This document shows, piece by piece, positions 49,395 to 62,525 of a DNA stretch of 64,000 nucleotides (its first letter is position 1; every line of letters starts with the position of its first letter). The notes under the pieces were generated by a model that saw only the letters and a program-made list of their open reading frames with translations, was not told the DNA's origin and searched no databases. Both the position numbers and the translations under genes were made by a program. Source of the DNA: Diadema antillarum (Eukaryota). Where the stretch lies: the NCBI RefSeq assembly GCF_040938485.1, contig NW_027271721.1:744001-808000 (forward strand), read 5' to 3'.

Positions 49395-50520
49395 CGAAGC
49401 AAATGTGGCAAATTACCGCAAAATGTCAAGAAAAAATTGAACGATATTTTGACGAAGACGTAATTTTCAAAATGGCGGCGATGTTTGCGTGCTCGCTAAT
49501 GCATAATATAAGGGGCAGCAGTCGTGTGACATCAAACAATAGCCACAACGACAAGCCCTCACTGTTAAGTACATGGTGCATATAGGGAATTCCTGTGTAC
49601 AAACTGTGTGAAAGGGGCCTTCGTCATTTCTCTCTTCCAGTGAAAAGAAAAAAGACTTTTACACTTTTATAGTTGGTAGGAGCATTATTGGGAATATGAA
49701 GCAGTGTTCTGTAAAAGTCATTAGGAAAAACAATCCTTACTTTTCGGCATTTTGTCTTAAAACTGATGGAGGGACTCCAAGAAATTCTGCGAATAGTTCC
49801 CTCATATATATTGAGCACATGTGCTGAAAGGATTCTGAGGGGAAATTTTTTCTTCATTTTTTCCCGCAATCAAGAGTTTTCAACAAGTAAACATATACCA
49901 CTAATTAATCTAGTGTATCTCACTTCATATAAGTCAATACCAATGAAGAGAAATAACATTAAATACATTTATAAATGTAATTCAGTCCCTCACACCCCTA
50001 TAAACGTGAATGGACTCGTTCAATTCCTGAACTGCATGCAGCAAGTGCGTCCTGTGAGGCACCGATGACAGAAACCTAAATTCAGCCTTGGTTTTTAAAA
50101 CTACTACAATTGCCTGTTTTGCAGCTCAGCTATGTTCGAGTTAAAACATTCCATGATATTACACTTGATTTTATGATGGTCTAGTCAAATATAATACTAT
50201 TCTCTCACTTTCAAGACAGAATTAGAATAGTGTGGAGGGGCCTCGGGAAAATATGCTAATGCTAGTGCGTGTTGTGATTTTTCATTGGCCATCGATAAAG
50301 AATAAGCGGTCAACGAACTATCGGAACTGAATATAATTGGATAAAAGATGATTGATCATTTTCCCCTATGAATATGCATGTCTGACATGTGCGCTTCGAC
50401 CACATGCAGGTCAGCAAGGTTAACAATAATATCCGGGTCATGCAAGGAAACGCAACTGACTTGGGGTAAAATGAAGGGAGTTTGTTTACCAGCAGTGATA
50501 TGAGCAGGGAACTGATCCTT
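49395..50520. promoter_or_regulatory. Divergent promoter region for INO80D (minus) and WDR37 (plus), with candidate non-coding first exons
   Basis: YY1-type AAAATGGCGGCG at 49469-49480, a minus-strand donor G|GTAAGTG at 49394 and a plus-strand donor T|GTAAGT at 50521. The region lies between the 5' ends of two divergently oriented genes. Confidence 0.5.
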
Positions 50521-52581
50521 GTAAGTCCACTAGCACTACATGTAGCTGTGAAACACAACGCTGAAACATTGGTGTGTAGCGGGCCTGGTATGTATGTACG
50601 GATGTATGCACTGCAATCTGTTGTGACAAGTGCATGTTGTTTTATATGTTGAGTAGAATCAACTCTGTAATTGAGTGTGGGTTTTTGTGTGGTGGATCTT
50701 GCATTCTTGGTCTAAGTGTAAGTGGGTGGGCACCGGCAAGGGACTTGAGCTCATACAAAAATCCATGCACATGCACCAGGCCAGCACCAGGCCATGGCAC
50801 CATGCACCATTCTAACAGTTACGATGCCAACTGTGGAACGGAACTGAGCAACAGCGCAACAACACAACAACACTAACATTAACAATGAACAGGCACACTA
50901 GACAGTCTAGTCACTATACCATGTCATATGTCACGTATGTCCATCCCATTAAAGACCATGCCAACTTCACAATATTTAAACAACAGCCAACAAGTGATTG
51001 TGAGGTAGGGTCCCAAGGGAAAATGTTAGAGTCTTTAGGAAGGTGGAGGTGGTAGGTAGGATGGAAATTGTAGTTTGTATTGACGTAGGATAGGATGGAT
51101 GCTGTAACCCTGTAGACTTGTCTATGATATAGAACTTCTAAGTTCTAATAAATGTTAGGACAGTGAACCCCGTGTAACATGGAAATACATGTGTGCATCT
51201 CGCGAGAGTGCTTTGTTTGAGTTTCTTTATTGAGCTAGACTTCTATGTGAGTGGAGTAAGGTCTGACGATTTACATCTAACAGCAGGTGCAGCTCAAAGC
51301 AGACACTGTCACTTTGACACTGGCAGTGCAGTGAGTGGTAAAGCTATTGATTGGTCAATTGCTCATCGCGTGACCCGTGACATGCAGTTAAAAGTGCCAA
51401 TACTGCCATTGCACATTGTTGCTGTAGAGACATGCAATTATCTTCGAACAAAAATGGATAGCGCATGGGCCATGGCTGACATCACCACTTTACATTAAAA
51501 ACTCCCATGTTAAACTCATGATCAACTTGTCATTTTAGCACCAATGCATGCACATGCCTCTGATGTCACAATAAACATACCTTTGCAGCGTGCACTCGAT
51601 CATAAGTTTTACCAAGTGTGCATTCAGTCACTCGTTTTACTGTTGAACAACTTCAACTGATCACTTTTGGCATACAGCTGAATGTGACTATGCCACCCAT
51701 TTGCCTTTTTTACCAACAGTAACAGCAACAAAAAAATGGTTGTCATTTATGTAGCATGTTCTACTAAATTCAAGAATTGGGATGGACCACATCCGTTGAT
51801 GTCAGGGTTGTTGTATAAAACAAAATGTTTGATCTTTGCTCATATAGTGGAACAAAAATTTGCATTCGGTGGAAGATGATGCGCCCCATTCAACTTGGCT
51901 TTGCCTTGTTGCTTTCATCTCTTGTGAATTCTTGGTACACTCATTACCATTCAATATTTGTATATTATTTTGTTTTGTTTTGCTATTGGTGGTTGAGATG
52001 TTGATATCTCAAGGTATATGCTAACAGAATGAATTTCTTCTCCAAAATATTTATCTGTGGGGGGGGGGGGGGGGAGGAAAGCCCATTCTTTTCTAGAGAA
52101 CCAAGTGCAAATATATTAATTTTCTGATATGCAGTGTGTGCCAGTACTAGTGGTACTCCAGAGCAACCTGAATTCTTACGAGTTTTATCATTTATGCGCG
52201 GTATGTGCAAACTCCAAATAATTTGTTGTCTGTTTTTCTTCCTATTGCTTTATTTTTTTTTTGTGGTGGGGGGGGGGGGGCCCATGTACGTGTAAGGATT
52301 GTAATAATGGGATTATGTTGTTTAAACTAAAGCCTACACTTGTACATGAATACTTTGTATCTGTATGCATGGTTGCTGTAGGGATTTATTCTGAACTTCC
52401 TAGCTATAGTTGTTGTTTTAAAGAACGAAAGCTATAGCAGTATATCCTTTTGTATCTAAAATGTATTATCCCTCTCTATACCCATGCATTGCATACCACA
52501 TGCATATTCATACACACACACACACACACACACAATACAATACACAAACATCAGGCTCCCATGCACGCTACCTATCACATA

Positions 52582-52794
52582 CTGTAAAACGAGAAATGTT
52601 CGCGTGCATTTTAATTTCGCGAATTTTGCGAACGCCAAGATTTGCGAAATTAAAATGCACGCGAAATTTCTTATCTACACTATAGGCCTACGCATTGAAC
52701 GCAAGAGGCAATTCGCGAAAATTTCTTGCCACGAAAAAGGCCGTCGGCTCCAATTCGCGAAAATTTCATGCCGTGAATATATCATGTTTTACAG
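52582..52794 (+). mobile_element. TA-flanked 213-bp Tc1/mariner-like MITE (WDR37 5' intron)
   Basis: TA CTGTAAAAC ... GTTTTACAG TA termini, with internal repeated TTCGCGAAAATT motifs. Confidence 0.8.
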
Positions 52795-53258
52795 TACACT
52801 CTACCCATGTTTCTGCATCGGAAACCCAAAGGAACATCACATGAAATTGCTTTGCATTTTTCTACTTTTTCACTTCTCACTGACTGGCCTTTACAATGTT
52901 GGAAACAGCGTACACAACTATTTACACTGTACATAATATGAATATTCGTTGAATGTTAGTGTGCTAGGGAACTGACCGAACCGGAGCCCTATTATAACAC
53001 AGTTACCATGTTTAGAATGATGCTTCAATCTCCTGTCAGTGCTGTATGATTCCGTGGTGGGAATCTGAATGACTTGTCCTGAAAATTACAAAGAGGTTCG
53101 TGCCATCGTCAAACCCTGCCTTTTAGTTGATGTTACATACCCTGTCAACAGCTTTAATCTTTTTATATCCTATGATTGTATTTAACACATTGTATTGGAA
53201 ATCATTGTCTGCTTTACAGGTCTACAAGTTCTAGAAGTGCCAGAAACTAAGACTGAGA

Positions 53259-56200
53259 ATGCCCACAGAGGGTGGCCTGAAGAAGGGCACCAAGCAGCGC
53301 CTGTCCATCCGGAGCCGAACTCACGATGCAGAGCTTCGCACCCCTCGGATGGCTGAGGATGAAAGCATCCTGCCCCCAGAGATGCGCTCTCGCCTCTGGA
53401 AGCTGTTCCGGCAAATCGAGGGAGAGTTGGAAGGAATGTATGAGGAGAACATTGCATGTAGGTGTATGGATATAAAAGATCATTCCTATCTTGCCAAAAG
53501 CAGTACTTATCAAATCCATATGTGAGCACAATCAAAATCACCAATTTTGGGTGCTAAACAAATATACCTGTTTAGAAATTAACCCATTCTTTACAGAAAC
53601 CTGGTAAACCAGGTTCCTGTAGCGTAGTGTCAACTCATGTACGGGAACCAGGTATACGTGGTTCCCAAAAGGTAGACATCAAGAGTGTCTACATATGAGG
53701 CCTAAATTCATGGGGGTGAGGTTGTGTGTTGTGCTGTCCAGAAAAAAGACTTTGATCAAAAGATTAGAGTTTCTGCTATCAAGATGTGTTGTTTTTCTGC
53801 GTCAAAACTGCATGTATTTTTGTCTAATATGTCTTTTCCAGCATAGAAAAGCGCTTGATTTGCTATGAAACTCATATGAAGACGTATGTATTAGTCAGAG
53901 CTGAGCTCACTACATTTTGACATTCTAGCATAGAAAAGTGCTTAATTTGCTATAAAACTTGTATGAAAATGTACATATATCAGTTGAGGCTGAGCTCAAT
54001 AGCTTTTGACATTCACTTACCCATTCAAGTGCCCTTTTTAAAGTATAAAATAAGAGTTTGCTAGCCCATCATTACACACTCTATTCATAATCTCACAACT
54101 GATCAATATTTCCTATTGTTTGATGGCACATGCAGTTGCCCATGGAAAGGGGATACATGCACTGACTGATTGCTTTTGCACAGGCATATTACCAACCTCT
54201 CTGTTTTTGCTGATGGGCAAAAAGAATCTTGTCTGTTGGCCTTGAATGTTCTTGGAGAATTGTTTTAAAAAGGAAAACAGGTTAAGGTGTGTGCTAAACC
54301 ATTGGGAAATTTGAAGGCCCTAATATGAAATTCTTATGCTTTATATGCCCATACACCTAGCTGTATATTGCTGTACTCTTTTACCAGCATTTACCCGTAT
54401 ATAATTCCTCCTTATTGTAGGTCAGCTAGCCCGCTTAGGGGTAATAATGTACCTCACTCCAACAGGAACACAATGGTGACAGATTGGGAATTAAAGGGAT
54501 TAAGGTAATCTCTATTCATTGGCAGTTAACAAGTAGTTCCAAGGCATTTGTGCCAATTGATGAAGAAAAGACCTCTGTGGGTGTGCCAGTCGGTGAATCA
54601 AGCTCAGTAAAGGTTAAGATATAGAACATGATTCTGGATATTACGCAAAAGAGAAATCAGTGTGCACTTGGGGTAAGGGGGAATAATACCTCAGAATGTG
54701 TTTTTATACCGTTTCCTGAAGACACTCTGCATGTACATGTACATATATGAAGTACAGTGCTGTAGATGACTACAGTATGTGCAACATCAGGGATGATGTG
54801 GTATAGATATATACATATTTGTATCTTCATTCACAGTGTTGATAATTTTTGTTCCGTTTTTCTTGGGTGTAAAGTTATGGGCATCTCACGGTGAAACTGT
54901 AGGAGCAGGTGAAACTGAACGAGAAATGAATGCTGTGCTGTAGCATTGACTTGACTGTGATTTATTTTGTTTGTTTTTTTGTTTGGTCACCCTATAGTAC
55001 AGCAGAAGGTTGATTTTCTGACTGAAAAGTTGGAAGTCCTCCAGTCAGGAAAGACATTGGGCGAGGGTGCGGCTTCCATGATCGATGGAACAGACAGTTC
55101 AGCAAAGCTCAGTGTCAAGAGTAAAGGTAAACTGCTATGTTGCATGGAGTGTCTGTGGACTCCTGAATCTATGTCTTTGTGATGTCATAAGCAATTTTAT
55201 CTCATATGCATGTATACTCATTTTGTCATGATGGCTTTAATAGGACTACATATTTGGCAAAGGTATTTTGCCTAGGGAAGAAGGGAAAGCAAGCAGTTCT
55301 GCCTGGAAACATTTTCTAAAGTCGTAGGCGGGATGACAGGGTGTGTGAAATGGGGAAGATAATGCTAGGTACTCAATGCTTAATAGATCCAGAAAGTAGT
55401 AGACCATGTGATACAACTTTGGGTTGAGTACGGTATACGCCATATTTAACGAGTCTAATTTTTTGCAAATTGGGACTTCCCAACATTTTTTAATAGTGGT
55501 TAAATTCACGCTTGTGGAGTACAGTGATGAATGGAGAAAAGCGTGCATGTCGCATTCATGTCAGAGTCAGAGCTAATATTAACATGTGTTGTTCAATTGT
55601 AAATAGCAACCGACTTGCAATATTCACAAAAATACCCCCCCCCCTGAAATATATGGCATACAGTATGTCATGTGCCTGAACCTTAAAGGACAAGTTCACC
55701 TTCATAAACATAAGGATTGAGAGAATGTAGCAATATTAGTAGAACACATCATTGAAAGTTTGAGGAAAATCAGACAATCCGTTCAAAAGTTATGCATTTT
55801 TGAAGTTTTTGTGCAGTACCCGCTGGATGAGAAGACTACTGCAGTGTATGAATAACTTAGATGTCACATGCGTACAACAATATAAGGAAAATATAAAGAG
55901 AATTTCACAAAATTCCATCTTTTGAAAAAAGTACACATTCCTCTGACTCGTTACCGATAAATGTTATGGGTAATATTACTCCCCCTGCCTTTAGAAAGAG
56001 GCAAGTCAATTGCTCTTCTATTATGCGAAAAAAGTGAAAATATGTTGAATTTTCTTTTATATTTTCTTTATACTGTTGTACGCATATGACTCACAAGCTG
56101 TAGTAGTCTCCTCATCCAGCGGTTCCAACACAAAAATTTGAAAAATTCATAACTTTTGCATCGATTGTCCAATTTTCCTCAAACGTTCACTGATGTGTTC

Positions 56201-59200
56201 TACTAATATTGTTGCATTTTCTCAATCCTTATGTTTATGAAGGTGAACTTGTCCTTTAACTTTGTGATCATTGCTGTAGTCCTATATGTTTGTTGTTGTT
56301 GTTTTTTCTTATTTCCATGGTCTTGTTTTCATATGGTAATGTACCAGTTGTGCTAGTAGTTGTATTGATTTTATAAATTTCTTCTTTATTGGAAGAACAC
56401 ATCAGTTCTCAATGATTTTTGTTGTGCATATTATATCTTTTACTCTCTTACAGCTTCCAGCCAGTTGAGTCAACTAATTTTAAAGCCAAAAGCTAAAGGA
56501 GCAGGGGGAAAGGTATGAAGACTAAGGATAGGAGTATATTTGAAGTTCTGGTGCTGAGAAAACAGTGATGCGTAGTGTGTGTATGTGGGTATATATATGA
56601 GCACTTTGTAGGCCATACATATACTATGGTTTTTCTGGGAGCATGAGGTTTTCTGACGATCTGTCTATCTTTGTATTATTTACACAACAACTGAACAAAG
56701 TGTGTGATAGAGTACCGGTAAATCAAAGTTGTCACAAGTATGAATTATTGTAGGGTGATAAGATGGTTAGATGAAATTGTTGAAAGCTACATAAATATTG
56801 ACCAAATTATAAAATTTCAGTGTTTTGAAAATCCTAGTGAAGCTCTGACAGATTTCAAGTAAACTGTGTATAAACATACGCAATAGAAGAACAACTGTTC
56901 GAGTAAATTCTGTAAAAGTGGTTAAACTTCCAGAGTTAAATTAAAGATCACATTTTGAACATTATTTACAAGAACTTACTCAATTTCTTTGTTGCTTTTA
57001 TTCAGACAATTTTGTGGTATTAATTTTAATGAAAGGTCCAAAGTCTTGCTTTTTTCTTTCTTTTTTATTTTTTTTTATTTTTTTGGGGGGGGCTTATTTA
57101 ATGTAATTGAACTTTCGTAGTGGGAAATGTCAACCCATTGATTTTCTATTACATTCAGTAATAGTGTCAATATTTAAGGGAAAGAGCTGACCCATTTTGT
57201 AAATGTGAAAGTAAGGCAGTGAGGTGGCTTATTCTGAAGTGCATCTGCCTTGCATTTACATGGCTCTAGTTTGAGTCTCATTGAGTCTTGCTGAGTAGCG
57301 TTGTCCCATGTGACCCCCTCTAGTGCGAGGCAAAAGCACTGCACATAGGATGGGACATTAAATGGAGGACCCACATGTGAGGGAGTTACGACTCATGCAC
57401 ATAGAAAAATTCCACTTCATTTTCTCGCAAGGAGCAGGGTGCTAACCCAGTGAGGTAATCATGAATGATCCTGACCCCTCCTGGTTCACCCCTGGTGACT
57501 AGCAATAGTCAGCAAATGTAGTTAACCTGGCACATATTGCCATAGGAAGGAGAAGAATATGTCTGTAAGTTGTCATGGGCATTGATAGAATCTGCTAGGT
57601 ATGATGAAATTAAAGAAATAATTTGTTGTTCTGTGTGTAACTTCAAGCGTGTAGATGTGTATAGTCAGGAATTGATGGAAATTGTGACTCATGCAAACTC
57701 ACATTAAGTTGAGATGCTAGAGAACATTTTACATTGTTAGATGAAACTGGCAGTTCGATGGAAATTTAGCTGATCAGGTGGAATACCACCCTTAAACTTC
57801 ATGCTGTGTTTGCCTTGTTTATTCCACCACACTGATCATTATCTCTTCCAGACTGTATTCAGCTTCAAGGGCACAAGCAGTACTGGCTATCGGCTGATGC
57901 ATCATTACATTGGTCACAGTGATGGTGTGTGGGAAGTCAGTGTTTCCAGAGGGGATGCTCCTCTTCTTGCAACAGCTTCTGCAGGTAAGGACCTGGCAAT
58001 AGTTAGTTAGGACTTATAGAGAGAAAGTTTCTGTCAAATTGTATGTTTCTTGTTTGTGTTACACCATGTTGATACATTATCACCTCCTTCCTCGCTATAT
58101 TATCTTAATTCACAGATGCTGTAGTCATTGCAGCTTAATGACCCGTAGACATTAGCAAAGAGTTATAAAATACTCATCTAGGACTAACCCTCAAAGATGG
58201 TATCAATGTAAAGTATGGCATGATGGAAACTCTCTGTTTAAAGTTCAACTTCTGGTTAGATGTGAGTTGCTTTTTAACCATTTGCTATCAAATGGGTTAA
58301 TGTTTGAAAGTGAAACTCTGGGCCAATGTAATAAGTTAAGCCACGGTTTATGTATAGACCCTCTCTTAGATACATGTTGTGAAGCCTCGGTTCATTTAAA
58401 ATTTGGTCTTACTGTGTGAAGATTTATTTTTCTTTCTTTTTCTGTTTTTGCTTCTTCTTTTTTTTTCTAGCGGAGGCAATGCAAAATTCTTGTGGGGTCA
58501 AGCATAACACATCTGAATAATTAAGCCCTGTTGACATGGCTGTTCTCTGGAAATATTTGTAAAATTACTCTTCGTATTCTGATCCATGTATTTCAGCTTG
58601 AACTGCACTGTAATATCTTCATTTTGTTTTCCTGGAGATGTGTGAAACCCTTGATGCATTATTGACCCGTTGAGGACAGTTTGATTTTGCTACAACACGC
58701 ATTTCCCATAGACATCTGCCCAGTATACTCGGTACTCGTCCTCAACAGGTTAAAAGTTGTGAGACCATGCTGCCCCCAAGTCACTGTAGTGTTCCTTGGA
58801 AAATTCAGTGGAATGCTGTATCAAACCTCTTACACCTGGGCTGTTCTTGGGATGCCAAGTTGTTTCCTCTATAATTGATTTTGCGAGCTAAAATTGAGAA
58901 GAAGAAGAGAAACGAGACTATGACATATTGTTCCTGATGTGTAAAGTGTGTAGGTATGGTTTGTTTCATAACTGATGAGGGATTCTGTACAATTTTTACA
59001 ACAGTAGATACTATAATATGAGCTGTACCTGAAGAGGAAACTTCTATTATGATCCTAGTCTCATGTTACAGTGCAAGTTGTCAGTTGATACTTTAAGCAG
59101 TGACATTACTCAAAATGAAGCTCAACAGATACAACACACACATACACAAATGAAATCCTATGCTAAACCAGCTTTATATGTCCGGTGCTTTCATTCTTTG

Positions 59201-62200
59201 TAATTCACTAAAGATCGTACAGCGCGGTTATGGTGTATAGAGACTCATTCATGTGTGCTTCAGTACATGGGACACCTTGGATCTGTGAACTCTGTGCGCT
59301 TTCATCCCTCTGAACCGCTCCTCCTGACAGGTATTCCACTTCTGTGTGAATTGCTATCTTACACAGCCAAACCAAAGCTGGTCTTCAATGTGAAATTGTT
59401 TCTCTCTACCATGTGTTCACAGAATTGTGTCACCATAACAAAAAGAACTTTGGTTCTAATAACTGCTGTAGACAAAGTGCTGTAGTCACGCGATAAATGG
59501 AAATATGAAAGTTGGCAATACTTTGTTACTTTAAAAGTAGACATCATTTATACAAGTAAAATCTAGGATTCTGAAAGTACTGCAGGACCCAAATGGAAGA
59601 ATAAAAGAAAGTTATAGTATTTATAGTACTTCATGATCATTGAATCGATCATACACTGTACATTATAGCTAGCTTGTCTTCCCCGATATTGTCATCATTA
59701 ATATGTAAAACGTTCATAGTCAACACTGGCATGATTGTTGTGACAACTGTAGAATATTGTAATGTATCTTTGTAGAACAGTTTAAACTTTCTCACTCGAT
59801 GATGTTCTTAAAAAACAGTCTGTGTCGCAGCTCAACAAGTCGTAGTCAGGCTAGAGATTTCCATCTGTGCACAGAAGATTATCTTTAGGAACACCTTATG
59901 GATATGCTATCAGAGTTGATAATTGCTCCTTTAACCCACAGCCTCGGGGGACAACACTGCACACGTTTGGAAATCAAATGTTAGTCTTCCCACCATTGGT
60001 CAACAGCCCGAAATAGTGAGTGCACTTCCTCTTCAAACTTTCACACTTTCGATCCGCCACATTGATATATCAGTTGCGCAATACTGTAATTATCAAAGTC
60101 AGTAAATCATGTGAATGTCATTCATGTCGTACTATTGTGAGAGTCAATGAAAGAAAGGGAATATTTGCTAGTGTGTCGTATTAAAATGATCTGTAAACAT
60201 CAACGCTAAGCTGTTATATGCATTGTCAAATATTGCTGTTGTGCCATGCAGACATTGCCTTTCATATTGAGTATGTAGCAGTGTTTTGTCACTCCTGGTA
60301 AAATTTTCTGGTGGTATATTCAGTAAAGTGCAATCCCAGTGGAGGTGTCATGACCGAGCACACATCTCTGAATCACATCAGCGTGATTTGGGTTTGTGGG
60401 TTTGAGCCAAACAAAACCTGACACCTTTGCCCTTCAGCAAGGCACTTTATCCACTGCTCTCTACCCAGGAGTACAAATGGCTGCCCGGTAGGATGAGAAT
60501 GTTTGTTGATCAGCATGTGTGCTCCTGTAGGATGGTGACTGACTGAAATATTCACCAGGGATTAGATTGAGCACTGTCAGTGCTAGTTGGAAATAATGTA
60601 GACCTATCCAGCGACCAGGTAGTAAAAGTATGTATTCACTTCGAGCACCCTACAGATTGGATTTGGCACAGTAGAATATATTATTATTTTTGCCATTATC
60701 ATTATCATTCTCACAGAGATCATGCCCTTCTTCAGGAGACGACATTGATGGATCAGATAGAGAGGATGTTGATGGTAAGTCTATTTGTCGTATGCATCTT
60801 TTGGTTGAGGTAGACACATCATTTTGCCTTTCAGAAGATTGTTTGCAATGCCATAACAACAACCAGTTCAGAGCGTGTAGTGAAATGCAATCCTAAAGTT
60901 GATATCATTCACCGTTGTGTAGCGTGGCACATATTCCAGTCCAGTGTATTACCCCTCCGTGTACCGTGGTACTTACCTTAATTGATTAGCAAATGAGATC
61001 TCAGAGAGAAGCCCATTCCTGGGGGCCCGTTTCATGAAAAGGGTTTACAATGAGTCATTGTGAATAGCAGTAGTTGTAGTTAGTGCAGTAACAAGTGAAA
61101 TCATTATCACTTATTGGTTGTTTCCTGAATGCTACCATGGTAACTGCAAATATTGCAGCTTACAATAATGACAACCCTTATCATGAAAAAGGCCCCAGAA
61201 TGTCATCGTGGGCAGCTGTTCTTTGATACAATTAATATTGCCTCACAAATGCCAAAGTCAAAAACTAAAAACCATGACTCTTGTGTTGCAATAATCAATC
61301 ATCTTATTTTCATAAAACCTCAAAACAGATGGTGCCTGTCATCCTGAGAGTATTTACCAGCTTCCGATCTCTTTGCATTTAAATTCATGTGAAAAATGTT
61401 GGGGCAGATGTTGCACATGATGGGAAACTGTATACAGGGTGAGAGCACTACCACTAGATGAGATATGTGTAAGAATTGTTAGCACATATCGATCCGTCCA
61501 AATGCTGGCTGCCAGCAGATAGCCACAATGCATTTAATTTCATATCTACTGTATAACTACTAGAAATGTTCATGGCATGAAACTTATGCAAATTTGAGGC
61601 GAAGGCCTTTTCAGCAGCATGAAATTTTCAGAAATTACCGACAATAAAAAAGAAAAGAAATGAGTACCAGTATACTTCATTATGTACTAGTAATACAGGG
61701 ATTTGGTGAACACACACTGCTCGTCTATATAAAAATACAACAAAACTGACAATGTGCACTGCTTAACACAGGTAGTAAAAAAACAAAAAAAATAAATAAA
61801 TAAAGAGAATGCGCATTACAAGTACCATACTAGTACGCATACTAGTAGAAATTTTGACTTTGGAAGCATACTGTTTGTGTTCAGTGCAACTTTCGTGTAC
61901 ATTTGACTTTTGCAAATATTGGCTCCATTCAGAAATTTGTGGTTTTACAGTGTGTAAATCTTTATAAAGTTATACAGGCATCTTCCAGCTGAACAGTTGC
62001 TATAGAGTATTTTTGCTGTCAATTGATGCCAATTATGTTCCATTTCCCTTTTTCACATGATGTTTGACATGCATGTTTTGCTTTTATCTTTAATCAGAAT
62101 TTGTGTGTGTGTGTGTTTTGATATTTTTTGGGAGAAATTTCAATCCTCCATTAATCTTTGGTGAAGAAAGACTGCAGTAGTTAATGTGAAGCACTTTATT

Positions 62201-62525
62201 TCAGATACTGAAAATGGTCAATGAAAGAATGTGGTATTCTTTTTTTTTTTTTTGAATGTGGACATGTCCCATCTTTTGCTGTTGTGTTTGAGTATTGTTT
62301 TAAGCTGTGGTAATAATGCATACTTTATTTTTCAATGATCTGTTATAGGTCATTGAAGATGAATCTGATTTGCATACACAGTCCATATTTTTCATTCCTC
62401 TGTCTGTGTATGGTCACATGTTTTGGAAGAGTTGATATCACTTTACAATAATATCCAATCTTCCCCTATTCTGCACATGATAGACACACCATCTCACCGA
62501 AGTGTGGCTACCAGTAATTATGCGG
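53259..62525 (+). CDS. WDR37: WD repeat-containing protein 37, 5' partial; exons 53259-53457, 54998-55126, 56454-56512, 57852-57984, 59214-59330, 59942-60015, 60717-60774 and a tentative 62484-62525; continues beyond the window
   Basis: The MPTE start, the coiled-coil [33 protein letters not shown], and WD motifs [27 protein letters not shown] and [32 protein letters not shown] match WDR37. Introns are GT-AG with consistent phases. The last listed exon is lower confidence. Confidence 0.92.
53836..54016 (+). repeat. Diverged tandem duplication, two ~90-bp units
   Basis: TTC(C/T)AGCATAGAAAAG(C/T)GCTT..GCTGAGCTCA..TTTTGACA occurs twice. Confidence 0.7.
55430..55665. mobile_element. TA-flanked MITE with imperfect TIRs
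   Basis: TACGGTATACGCCATATT at about 55428 pairs with AATATATGGCATACAGTA at about 55650-55667. Confidence 0.5.
55687..56255 (+). mobile_element. Young 569-bp Kolobok-like MITE, copy 2, in WDR37 intron
   Basis: Perfect TTAA target duplication (55683-55686 and 56256-56259), the same TIRs and the same length as copy 1. Confidence 0.88.
58666..58749 (+). mobile_element. piggyBac-like mini-MITE, copy 2
   Basis: TTGA CCCGTTGAGGAC ... GTCCTCAACAGG TTAA, with an interior nearly identical to 47493-47577. Confidence 0.75.
60339..60705 (+). mobile_element. Degenerate tRNA-derived SINE with a CORE-like central domain
   Basis: It has degenerate A-box (CATGACCGAGC) and B-box (GGTTTGAGCC) motifs. The central CTTCAGCAAGGCACTTTATCC..CTACCCAGGAGTACAAATGG resembles the CORE-SINE domain, and it ends in an (ATT/ATC)-rich tail. 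Confidence 0.65.
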
